A DNA stretch of 64,000 nt from Ptychomitrium polyphyllum. Lineage: Eukaryota. The notes below the pieces were generated by a model. The model was not told the origin of the DNA, ran no database searches, and saw only the letters and a program-made list of their open reading frames with translations. The stretch covers positions 7,564,001 through 7,628,000 of the forward strand of contig OZ316776.1 of NCBI GenBank assembly GCA_973851085.1. Direction: 5' to 3'. Position 1 is the stretch's first letter. Each line of letters opens with the position of its first letter. The position numbers and the translations under genes are program-made. Positions 26,101 to 38,500 of the stretch are shown piece by piece.

Positions 26101-26517
26101 ATGGTGAGAAATGTTTTTCTAGCAGTGGTCTCGCTTTCAATGTTGGCGTTCGCTGTCAGTAGTCATCAGCCAGGTCCGGTACTGGCTTTCTTCAACTACT
26201 CCGGAATGCGGGCAACTATCAGCTGCATGGACTATCCATCCAAAGACTTGGAAACCGGGGAAACTCTCTCCTTACCTCTCACACGTAGCGACCAGTCATG
26301 TATTGTAATACTGAAGGACGGGGAGCACGCGTTGGCTACAGTTGACAAGCTGTTGCCTAGCGCTTCCAATTCCGGCCATTCTGTGTCTGTGGACATCAAT
26401 GACACGTTTCTGTTCTTCGCTCTGGATGATACACCGGATCACCAGTATGTGAACTTCCTCGACCTGCAGGACGAGCAGATCCAGATGGAGAAGTCCACTG
26501 ATCTATTGCTATGGTGA
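26101..26517 (+). CDS. Small secreted protein (138 aa), possibly S-protein homologue (SPH / self-incompatibility S1)-like
   Basis: ATG at 26101, signal-peptide-like MVRNVFLAVVSLSMLAFAVSS, then a beta-rich domain with N...C..DL..G...C spacing. A probable 5' UTR intron lies upstream (donors at 25641/25655). Confidence 0.65.
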   Translation: MVRNVFLAVVSLSMLAFAVSSHQPGPVLAFFNYSGMRATISCMDYPSKDLETGETLSLPLTRSDQSCIVILKDGEHALATVDKLLPSASNSGHSVSVDINDTFLFFALDDTPDHQYVNFLDLQDEQIQMEKSTDLLLW

Positions 26518-28549
26518 GCTTGGAGTCCTTTCAATATGTATTGATAATGTGTGATATTCTGGGACTAAAGCAAATGCTGACGATTACCTATAACTTATGG
26601 TTTACGCGCATCAATTTTTTCATTTTTATGATCTGTAGCAGCTGAAATCCAATCATGGGTTGATATGAAACAAGGTGCCATATTTTAGAGCTTGTTTAAG
26701 CATTAGAGTGTGGGTTAATCTCAGATCTGTCTCAGTATGCAGTGTTTTGAATTTGATTCAGTCTGCAGCAGTTTCTCAAGACGATCTAATCTGATGCTGC
26801 TATTTGTGTCACAATATCAACTTAGATTACATTCTTGATTTAAGACTGCAAAAGCTTATTTCTATGGGGAAATAATTTCACTTATCATGGTCTTGTCTTC
26901 AGGTCAATGGAAAATGCATCAGACGAGTGAACCGTGCACGTGAAGATTGCTATCCAGAGAACGTCATCTGACATTTCAAACAAAACTAGTGTTAGAGCTA
27001 TGTATGGCGGACGATTCAAACAATTAATATGTCGAACCAGGCGCAAATTGAGAAGCGAGGTTTCCTTAATGAAGATCAACCATAACAGTAACAATCTTTT
27101 CGAATACTATGGCGTACTGTATATTCAGTTCCGTATACTATAGTGTAGAGTAAGTCCGTTACGTGGATAGTCTTGAAACAACCAATTCTTGTTTCACAAA
27201 TGTGAGTGGAATCGAAGAAATTTTGATCAACTATTTCAAGAGCAGATTTGCACAAGATGCTCTTGAGATCCAGATAGTTGTCGATTTCGCTTATTCTTCT
27301 GCTTTGATAGACGGTTGTGCTTTTAGACTTGATTCTTGAGGCATCAAATGTATTTTACAGGCGGTTGCTTTTCAGCGTCTTAACAATAACGACATGGTGG
27401 AAAGTTCGAAGGCAACTAGTTCAGCGTTCAAGTTTCATGATAACCGATTCTTACTTCTGCCTGGTGCCTGTGACCCTTTTTCAAGCTGTTCTGTTTTCTC
27501 GTGTGAACATTTAAGAATCAGTTTGGACAATTCTGAAACGTGCGTTATGATTACTAGTAATTATTGGGAGCTACAGTATTGCCGGATTCAGATTCTAATT
27601 CCTTTTGGCAGTACTCTAAAATGACCTCATCCTTCTTGAATCTTGATTGTTCAGTAATGAACTTTTTGTACGAGGGTTCTCCTAACACATCTAAATGGTC
27701 TTGAGTTACTTTTGTAACTGGGCAAGGGAGATCAACGGAGACCAGGGTTAGCCTAGTGAACGCCTGTAATTGCTAGCAACGTCAGCCTGCACAGTATCTC
27801 TGTCCAACCATGAGTTAGTGCATACGTTACTGTATTCAACATCGTTAAAGTTATTTTAACATCTCTAACCTGTATTCAATATCTTTAAGCTGTAAGGGTT
27901 GGTTTATATAAGAAATAGAGACCAATTTTTCTTTGGGCCAACTTGGAGCACATTTTGGTGTAATTAAGTCAAAGATGAGAATGATTGTATCAAGGGTCAT
28001 AAGATTCTTAGTTCTATGTAAAGAGAGCTTTTTAAGTATCGTCTATGAAGGTAAACAATAGGGGTAAATTATACATTATTAATACTAACACACACTTCAT
28101 ACACACTTTCATATTTGTTAAAAATTTACTACAATAATTTTTTGTTAATTATTTTTATAATAAAAAAAATTTGCATGAAATATTTGAATAATTTAAAGGC
28201 ATTGTGTGAGACATTCATAAGTAATATTCATGAACAAAGGGGCATTTAAATCTAAGAATTAAAAATGTTAAGAAAAAATTAGTTTAATGGAAGACATTTC
28301 TTCTTCCATTCCATTTTAAGAAGTGAGACTACGTTAAATCCTAAAATAAACATATGTATAATCTAAGTTTTATAAAATGACCTTGATTTCTTAGCATGAA
28401 GACCTTTTAAAACAAATTCTTACTTTTTCACCAATGAAAGAAATAGATTTCATGTATTCCTTTTATAAATTTTCACTTTAATGTAATAAATTTTTAGTGG
28501 TACCAATAATGATAGTTAATAGCGCCTTTATTAACTGATTTAAAAATAT

Positions 28550-28612
28550 TTTACCAACTATGTTTATTGAGTTTTACCAACTATATTTACAATCTTTTAC
28601 CAACTATGTTTA
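28550..28612. repeat. Degenerate ~22-bp tandem repeat (ttttaccaactatgttta x3)
   Basis: Three near-identical copies in an AT-rich tract. Confidence 0.75.
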
Positions 28613-29520
28613 ATGACAACCTTCGTACATGAATAATATCTAAAACTTTGCTTCTCATAAAGAATTTGTATTGCCTAAAAAAAAGTAGTTAGGATGGATG
28701 ACATTAAATACCAAGTTTCACTGTAGTCTTCGTCTCCACATACTGACATCCGTTTCGAGAACTCAGCAGAATGTTCCGATAAAGGTTAACTTCGATGAAT
28801 ATGAACCAAATACAATAAGAGGAGTAAAAAGGGATGCCGTCGTATTACATAAGTGAATGTTTTGTTTCCATGGACATCCAAGACAGGTGAAGTTGCTAGG
28901 TTCTCCCAGACTACTCTTCCATTAATTGTTCAGCTCTTTGTATTATAAGGCTCACCATCGTACAGCTTTACTTATATCCCTCTTTACACACATGAATGTG
29001 AAGAGGTCTAGAAGATTCAGTACATATGCTAACACTATACTGAACAGTCTGAACTGTTCAGTAATTGCAATCGACGACACCTCCTGTGCACCGTAGATGA
29101 CCATATGATCTTTCATCATCTCCAACAGAACCTGAAAACAAGGTTTAACCATAAGAAATGTGAAAAACATTCACAAAGAGTTTTAGAATTCAAATGAGTC
29201 TTAATCTCAAAAAACCAACAGAAAGCAGAAGGGCAATGCCATCTAATATGAGCATATAAGCACATGTGCACAGTGCGTCAAACTGTCAACGCGAACTCTT
29301 TCATAATATTACTCAAATAAGGTCGAATGTGTACTAGAACATGTACTGAAACTGCATTCCATAGTGCTTTTCCAAATGACATGAAATAATATTAAGTAAA
29401 AAATGTAGATAATATTTCAAAGACAAGTATGATGATCAGCGTACCTTCTTGTTTGAGGTAAAGTAGACGCAAATCATGATTGCGTATCCTTTGGCACTAA
29501 CGAGCTTCGTCCGTAGCCAT

Positions 29521-32500
29521 CTATACATTCGATATTAAGTGACTTGGACCAGGGACGTCGACGTCTTCTAGGGAAAGATGACTACTCAATCTTTCTGTCG
29601 ACAGCCATCGACAGACCTGGTTCACAGGTGCTACGAAACGTCCTGCATTCTCTCGAGGAATTCTGAATGGGCTGTTCATGGATGCCAGCCTTGCAGTGAC
29701 AGCTGCCTTGAGAGGTGAATCACCCTCTATTTTACTCCGCCTTCCCCAGCCTGTTATTACAGTAACCTGCACAAGAACGCTCTATCTAATTAACTATCTA
29801 GAAACTGCCACAGTTCCTAACGAGTCTTCCATACCTGTGAGTGTCGTGCTTTGCATGAAGAGAAGGACTACTTTACTCAAATCAAATATGAGAGCGTTCG
29901 GAGTAACTGAAAAAGATAACAGGTAAACGTATAGACGTGCAGGTTACTTACTCATGCAGCATGAGACTTGGAGACATACGCAAAAGTGATTTTTGTACAC
30001 AAGTCTGAGTGATCGTAGCAAAACCCGTTCCGGAAAATGAATAAAATGCAACACTAAATGTTTCAAAGTAGAACAGATAATCATAAATATTAAGGTTTTG
30101 AACCTCTGAGCGTAGGAAAAAAGAATTAGGAACAATAGACCCCAGCATAAGATTAAAGCAGAAAAAGGTGAATGCTTGCCGTAAGCCAGAAGCAGATTGA
30201 ATACACACCTGCTCGTAAGGAGTATCTTCTTTAATGCAAGTGGATTCCATTTCAGAAAGCCAAGAAACGAGCATCACTTGGGCTACGTTTACAGAGAGAA
30301 GATGAAGATCTAGTAAGAGTTCCTCGTCTGCCACAACTCTTGCTTGAGGAAACACGCCTCGTTCTCGTCCAGCCATGAGCACTTTCCAGGAACGACCTCT
30401 CCATCCAAAACACCAAAGTGCTTCAACCAACGAATCATACAAAATAAGTCGTGATGCAGTTCCCTCGGACTGCAACGCATCAAACAGAACCGTAGCTTCA
30501 ACCCATAAAGATTTATCATCCTGGTTCTCTTCTCTTTCCTCTAGTAGCCATGCAATTACTCCAAACCCCTTACAGCTCCGGATGCAATGTAAAAGTGCTG
30601 CAACTTCCTCATGTAGGCGGCAAGAGCACAAAGCAGTAAGCAAAACACCAATAGTTTCGCAACTTGGCTCCGTACCAGTTCCCTTCAAAGCACCAAATCT
30701 CATTGCCATATCCTGAGACACGCGTGCATAACCTCGTCAATGATAAAATAACTTGCGAAGAGGACTACTCTATCACACTGCAGACAATCACTAAAGCTCT
30801 TCTTGTGGTAAACGACCTACCTGAAACCTTTTTGCGCTGCCATAAGCATTAATAATGGACGTGTAAGCCACCACATTCATCTTGATACCGGCCTTGAGCA
30901 TCTCGCATAATACAGCTTCAGCCTTTTCCACCATTCCTAGTTTTCCATACCCGTCAATTAAAGCACTATAAGTATGCTCGTTGGGAGATACTCCTTTCGC
31001 GCGCATCATCACGTAAGTGGAATCCATCTTTTCCAGTAGCTCTGCTTTTCCATATGCGTTGATCAATGCACTGCAAATGTAGCACAAATAGTATTATGAA
31101 CAAGAGCCTTCCTACGAATGTGAGCTAAAGCCTGCTTGCGAATGCTACTTGCACAGACAGTCTGTAACGCACAGGATATCTACCTGGTGATTAACCAGGA
31201 ATAACTAAGTTGTGATGAAGTTACCTGTAAGTGATCACGTCAGGACGGTATCCAGTGGTTTGCATGACCTCAAATGCGGATTCCATCTGATCGATAAGTT
31301 TACCTTTGCCATAAGCATCAATGATGACATTGTAAGCAGCTGTGCCAAGTTTTGGTCCCCCGAAACGCATTTCCTTGGCAGCTTCCTACATTTGCAATCA
31401 ATACTGGCTTCAGATGACATTTTCAGATGAATAGGTTTAGACCAGTGATAAGTTGAATATTTGAATTGAATTGATCAACTTCTACAACATCCGTAGTGGG
31501 AAAACTCGAGTATTCAAAGGCAAGAGTGATGCTTTCATATAAGTTAAGAACCAAGCGCAATTCTAAAGACAGCAAACTTTATAGCAGCAATATCGAAGCC
31601 AAATGATTGTAGACTCAAAAAAATTTGCTTGTTTTTCAATAAGTAACAACAAACCTCAAGTTCTTGAAACCTGATCTCCATCTTGTCGTACATACCACAC
31701 CGACCGTATGCACTGATTGTCGCAACATAGGCAGAATAATCAGGCTGCAGACACAGATCCTTCATAATTTTCCAGGCTCTCTCCATCTCCTCGTACTTCC
31801 CTGCTTTCCCATACGCATCCATTATTCCTGTATATGTCACAATGTTGGCTTTGCAGCCAGCCTCCTGCATTTCCTGTGATCGACGATGCATAGCTGTAAG
31901 CCCTACTTTCACCTATGTAAGACCTTGCATAATTTGCGGTCCTTTAAGCATAATGCATGGAACTACGGAACTTGAAATTTGGCAGGCATATGGATATCTT
32001 CCCATTTTTGGCGATCGCCTATGAATTCATAACAGCATTTTAATTTCATTACTCGAAAAATGCAGAGCTATTTCTAAGACTACTTCCATTAATGTTCGGA
32101 GACATAGAGAGCTTCTCATGAGTGGCTAGAACTTCTCGTATTAAATGGGTAAATTAGGGCTAGATGATTCTCTGTCCATGAATCACCAAACTGAAGATCC
32201 ATCACTTCAATTTGACTTGTACCTGCAAGGTGGCCTCCATTTTCTTCAACATTCCTCTCTTGCCATAAACATCAATAAGAAGGCTGTACGCAGTGACATC
32301 CGGCTTACATCCTGCTACCTGCATCTGTTCCAAGATCTTCTCCATCTTTTCAAACTGCCCAGCTTTCCTGTACGCGTGTATGAGTGAGCTGTAAGTCAAT
32401 ATATCTCCTGAACAACCTGCAGATTGCATTCGTTCAAAAGTACTTTCCATACTCCTGTACTGAGATCCTTTACCATAGGCATCGATCATTGTATTATATG

Positions 32501-34314
32501 TAAATGTATCTGGAGTGCAGCCAGCAGCAACCATAGCACCCAATGCCTCCTCCATCTTAATCCAGAGACCTCCTTTTCCATAGGCACCGATGACAACATT
32601 GAACGTAGAGCCAAGTGGCTTCAAGCCTATATCTCTCATTTCGCAGAATAATGCATCGATTTTTTCCCATTGCCTAGCTCGTCCATATGCAGCCATCATG
32701 TAACCATAGGTGGTGGCATTAGGTTTACAAGAAGGGGTCTCTTTCATCTTTTGAAACACAGACACCGCTTTCTCAAGCATGCCTGACCGCCCGTATGCAT
32801 CAAGAAGGGCCGTAAATACATAGACATCTGGATCAGCCCCAACAGTCTGCATTTCGTCGAATAGTTGAAGAGCCCGTTGAAGTTGGTTGGCTTTAGCCAA
32901 GATGCGGATCATCATGGAATACAGACGTACATTTGCTTTGTATCCTTCTGCTTGTTTCATGGCTCCAAAGACCTGTCCACCAGATCGTACTACTCTTTCA
33001 GAAATGTAGACTAAACATACTGATTTTATGGAATCATCTTACGTGACAGCCCTACAAAAGCATTCGAGAATATTCATCTCCGATCATGTAGAAGCAAGAA
33101 AGAGGTATGACCGACTAATCGTCTGTCAAAGGACACAGCTGAAAGAGAAACTGACATCTGAGGAACCTGCAACTTGTTCACAAGACCAACTAAAACTAGC
33201 ACATTCACTTACATCAAGTGCGACACGCCAGTTCCGCTGCTTCGAACAGTCATTAAGCATTGACCAAAGATTTGTCTCTGATAATCCTGATAGTGAGGAT
33301 TCTGCTGCCTTATTAGCATGTGAACGGTTAACGGATGCTTTATCAAGTGCTCCTGGAGAAGCCTGAGTCTCCCCTAAACCGCGCTTAGAGTACTGCTCAG
33401 GTCTGACCCTGGTTGGAGCCTTTCTAATAGAAGGGTCTGTAGGTGCAGAAAGCCCTGGAGGTATGGGTTTTCTAGCGAACTGAACTTTCTTTGCCGGTAG
33501 TTCATCAGGCTGACTTCTCGATCGTAACTGCTTGCGCACGGAATCGGAAGGTGCGCCTGCTGAACTCTCTGCTGGTTGCAAGCTCTGCCCAGAAGAGTTC
33601 GCACATTTTGTGGATAAAACCGGCATCCTCTTCTTCGGCACAAAAGGCCTAATTTCTAGCCATAAGGAGACAGGCAGGTCCCTTGAAGCAGAAGCTTTCT
33701 TCTTTGTCCTAACAACATTAGACGAACTTCCAATGCCGATTCGATCCTTAACAACACATGATTGTATGTTGAGCCGTGTGATGAACCTGCGAATGCCAAT
33801 TGAAAGTCAAGAAACCGCAAAAGCCAGAGTAAATTCCATATCCCAGCCATCTTGTCACAACTTTTTCGTTGTGGAACAAATCAACACAAGCCAGGAAAAC
33901 CTTCGCAAAGGATAAACGCGTGCTTCTGTTCACTACTAAAAATATGCAAGGCTGTCGTACCGCCTGAGAAAGAAAATGACGTACTCCCTGTATCATTGCA
34001 ACCTATAAACCCTATCTCAATTGCTATACACACCGAAACCAAAGAGTACACTATATTTCGACAAGTGCTAGGTCAACACTGCCTGACGCACTCCAAACAC
34101 GGACTGAATTACGCTCTCCGAAGACATTCCCGCACACTTAAAGCTCATCGACTTTCACTCCTTGAGCCAATTTCCTGTCAAAACCTCCTCACACAATACC
34201 TTCCATTCAAACGACCAAATCAGGACTACATTCACGACTTCTGCACCTGTTCTTGGAGTGAGTGACCGCAACTCCGGAGAGCCGACCGCGCCCGGCCTCC
34301 GCCACGCAAGCCAT
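29521..34314 (-). CDS. P-class pentatricopeptide repeat protein with C-terminal SMR domain (PPR-SMR; GUN1/pTAC2-like), probably organelle-targeted
   Basis: Exons 34314-34247, 33786-33213, 32972-32223, 31873-31655, 31385-31225, 31070-30821, 30712-30209 and 29766-29521 join in frame. There are many 35-aa repeats (TYNTMIDAYGKG...GC.PD). SMR motifs LDLHLLS and VITGWGRRSK..G...L....SPF.....N.GRF are present. The N-terminus is S/R/K-rich. Confidence 0.92.
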
Positions 34315-35597
34315 AGCTGACTTGGGCCTTCAATCCGAACTGCGAAATCCTGCATAAGCGAACAATCCTAACCGCATTGTGCAAGGCAAAGCGAAAAACC
34401 GCCTGACAACTAGAAAGCACTCGTCTAAACTTCAAATATCTACAAATTCCCGAACACCTAATCCTCCTCCCTCATGTGTCCACCACGCACGCCAGAAACA
34501 AAAGCTCTTCCCAGACAAAGCAAAGGACATGCATCGAAACTGCTCTTACACAAAATTAAAAACCGACTCTACAAGGTTCAGCGCACTCAGGTTTTGCTTC
34601 GCAAGGATTTCTCACGACACAAATGCGCGCAGCTTGTGACAACGAAGCAATCTTTTCCACTACTTCAGATACCCGCCTAAGTATAGGGCATTTATCAAGC
34701 AGGTATCAGCCATGTATCAGAGGAATGTTATCTAGGTGTTTGTCGAACGAGGATGCTGTACAAGCAACTGGACTCGTTGCAACTGCAGGCAGGGGTTTGC
34801 GCGTTTGTTCAAAGGAGGGCGACACGTAAACCCGGCACTGAACACAAAAGCGCCATTATTCACCAAAGTTTTGCTTTTAACTCTCTTGAATCTAGGATTT
34901 GTATTCAAAGTGTTGGTTTTCTGAGAGGTGTCGATTTAAAGTACGTCGGGATGATGCAGATCAGAGCTTTCCAAGGCTGTCAGGCTTCCATGGATGCTTG
35001 CCACATGTAACGAGATCGCAACTGAGATAAGGGAAGAATACTTAAAGGATGACACTTTAAGCAAAAGAAGCAACATCTATGGAACATCAAGAATTTGATT
35101 GAATACCTGCGGTGAATTATTAATTGGTTTTAGGTGCAGTTACGGTTCTAGTCTAGAACTTTAAGAAGATTCTTACTAAGCCTGACGAGAACGAAAGAAT
35201 CAGCGTTCAAGTTTGTCCGGGTTGGAGCTTTCCGTTCATGGTGCACCTTTTCGCTCATTTTGGAGCTTTTCGTTTGTCCTTCGAACTTCTGATTGTTCAT
35301 AGTTGTGCCCGCGCTGGAGGGTCAACATCATGCCTTTGAGCATAAGGAGTCTGAAGGAGTACACTACTTGCACTTTTCAACAGATGCATATGTGATACCC
35401 TGGGTATTCTCAAGGTGATACTATTACGATAATTATGTATTACCCTCTTGAGCATCAGGCAGGTATCTGAGGAATGGAGAAGACAACTACGTCGCAAGGC
35501 TTGTCGGGGCTCCTTGTGTGGAAGGTCCGAGGCGTTGCTTCTTCTTCAAGCAGGGGCGCACGAGCTCGAGGAGTTTCTCGGGCGATTGGTTATTGCA

Positions 35598-38500
35598 ATG
35601 TCGAATGTGTCAGTGTGTGTGCGCTTCCGGCCATTGAATGGTCGGGAGTCGCTTCAAGATTCCGGCTCGTGCATCCGGCGGTTCGACAACGAATGCCTGA
35701 TGTTTAAGGTGATCTTAACTCAACCGGAGTTCACCTCTACGTGCATCGGCAGGGGACAGAAGGATTAGGTTCTTTGCAGTGTTTGCAATGCGCCTATTAT
35801 TCATATTTCATATTCGAGTTTGTGAGGAGTGTGTGTCAATTGCTTGGAGGATATTGATGACCGGCATGTTTTTTGATTTTAGGAGAGTTCATTTAGATGT
35901 ATTGAATTTGGAATATGAAGTCTTTGTACTGGACGACGCCTTTACTCTTTGTTCTTTATCAGCAGCTGCAGTTGCGTTCTACGTGTGACGCTTATGAATG
36001 AACGTGTTGAATGTGTAGTGACGTGAGGAAGTCGGGAACTATTCAGGGCATACTTCTTAGTTTGTGGAACTCGTTCTGTGGTGACAGGATGAAAAAGATC
36101 ACGAGGAAACCAGCTTCACATTTGATAGGATATTCTACGAGAATTCTATTCAGGCGGATATATTTGACTTTGTCGCTCTGCCCATTGTACGAGGTGAGTA
36201 GTTTATCTTCTCTAGTGCAACTTTCTGTTCGAATTCTAATTGCAAGAGGCACCTAGGGTAAGTATAAGTTATGGTCAAAGCTATATCGGTGGTTTTTCAA
36301 GTTTGCGGCTCAGCAGGAAGTATAGGAAGAGAGTTTTTCTTCATATGTGGTCTCTGAATGTGTTCAACGATGCCCTACAGATGCTATGAATGCAATCAAT
36401 GGAACGGTTCTTGCATACGGGCAGGTTCAAACTTAGCCAAATTTTCTAAAAGTCCTGGATTTCTTGCCTTTCTTAGGCTGCTCTCTCTTCTTGCAAATAT
36501 CTCTTTTAACAATCTCATGAACTGTCGATGCATGAGGATATCAGCGCCCGCTTCAAGCGCCTAGTCATTGCAGTCTAGTTTGTAAAAGGAAAACATCAGT
36601 TTCTTCTGCCCTGACTGCATTCCTGTGGATCAACTTATGGTTGTAGACTGGAGCGGGGAAAACGCACAGCATGGAGGTAACTGATTCTCATTCTGCTTAG
36701 CTTTTTTCAAAATATATTGAGTCTTGATCTACGTAACACACTAGTTTATAAGAATCTTGGCTGATGGCTGTTACCAGGTTATACTACCAGTAGATAATTT
36801 GGATCATGGTATCTTATACGAGATCTAAGCGGCATTTGTTCTTAAAACGATAAAAACTATGTGTGTAACTTTTATGTAGGGCCCGAGCATGCAAACCAAT
36901 GATCCTGGTTTGAAAGGAATACTTCCACGAGTGACGCACTGCATCTTTGACTTCATTGAGAAAGTTGATGACACTATTGAGTTTCTTATCAAGCTGTCAA
37001 TGGTTGTTATTCTTTACAAAACTACATCTTCAAATTACAATATTCCACATCATATGTTTTATGATGCTCATTGATCATTTCGCGCTGACGCCCTATGTAT
37101 GACCGGTTGTGTTTACAGGTAGAGATTTACATGGAGAAAATAAGGTGAGATGCAGATTCTAGACTATTATCCGTTGTGAGCTCACTATCGAGAGTAGTAG
37201 CTTTATGCATAAAATTTACAAGATACATGACTTCCAAGACTACGTGCAGGGACCTTCTGAATGGCAAGAAGGACAATTTGCAGGTTAAAGAGAACAAATT
37301 ACAGGGGATATTTGTAGCAGGAGTCACGGAGGTGCGTTTCTCATTTGTTGAGTTGAAATTAGCTTAGACTGGTTGCAGATTGTGAGACTGGAATGGTTTA
37401 CATCTTGATGGGACATGCTTGACAGAAATATGTCCAATCGGAGAAAGAAATGCTCCAGATTCTGCAGGTGAGCACACCTTAACTATCAGCTAGTCGATTT
37501 AGCTGAGGCATGTTGACAGATTGCATTTCAACAATTTTAAACCAGAGTCACCTAGAACTCATTTTCAGCATTTGGCAGCGCTAAATAAAAATTCTGTTTT
37601 TCCAGACGGGTGTAGCAAATCGAGCTGTCGGACAAACCTGTATCCTTTACTTTAAGTGTTCGTCAAGTTTTTTCAAGTGAAGTGATATTCTCAATTTGTT
37701 GTCACATACAACACAAACATAAGTCACCTCTGTTAGATTACTGAGATAGGAAGCTGGTTGATTACTAAACTGAAGGCATTATCATGGTCAACTGAGTTGT
37801 TCCCTGACTTAATTTACAAGTGATGAATTCCGAGAGCAGCAGAAGCCATTGTGTCTTCCTGCTAACCATCCAACAGACAAATATTGAGGATCGGAGGTAC
37901 CTCCGAAGATTGCGCAGAAGCATGTTTAAGCTCTTGTTGACATTTATCAACACCTGTATCTCTTTTGTATCAATGAAGAGATCACCAAAATCAACTCTGT
38001 GCTCTTGTGACAGTGTGAAGACTGGGAAACTCTATCTGGTAGACCTCGCAGGATCAGAAAAAGTGGAAAAAACAGGGGCTGAAGGGAAACTTCTTTGTGA
38101 AGCTAAGACAATTAACAAGTCACTTTCAGCTCTTGGAAATGTTATCAATGCACTTACCTCTGGTGAGTCGATACATCCTCATTACCTTGTTGAGCAAGTG
38201 GTAAGAACGTTGTTCATCCAGCACGGCCTATACTTATTTTCGTTAAGGTGGAACAAGAAGATAATGACTTGGTCAAGGGCTTCAAATTGCAGATAAGCCG
38301 TGCCACATACCCTACCGCGACTCAAAATTGACACGAATCCTTCAAGACTCACTAGTAAGTAATTGAAGTTTTGATTCAGTCATTTTGATAACATTTCATA
38401 TTATCAGAACTTAGTGGATTTGAAATAGGGAAAGTCTGCAGTCTTCTCAGAGAATTCTTGGGCATGTAATACTGAAGATTCGTAAAACTTGAAATAGGGG

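Noticed and set aside
33807..33839. ATG at 33839 followed by an in-frame TGA upstream of the PPR ORF (possible readthrough or pseudogene)
   Set aside because: It lies within intron 1. Exon 34314-34247 splices in phase to the acceptor at 33787 and bypasses the stop.
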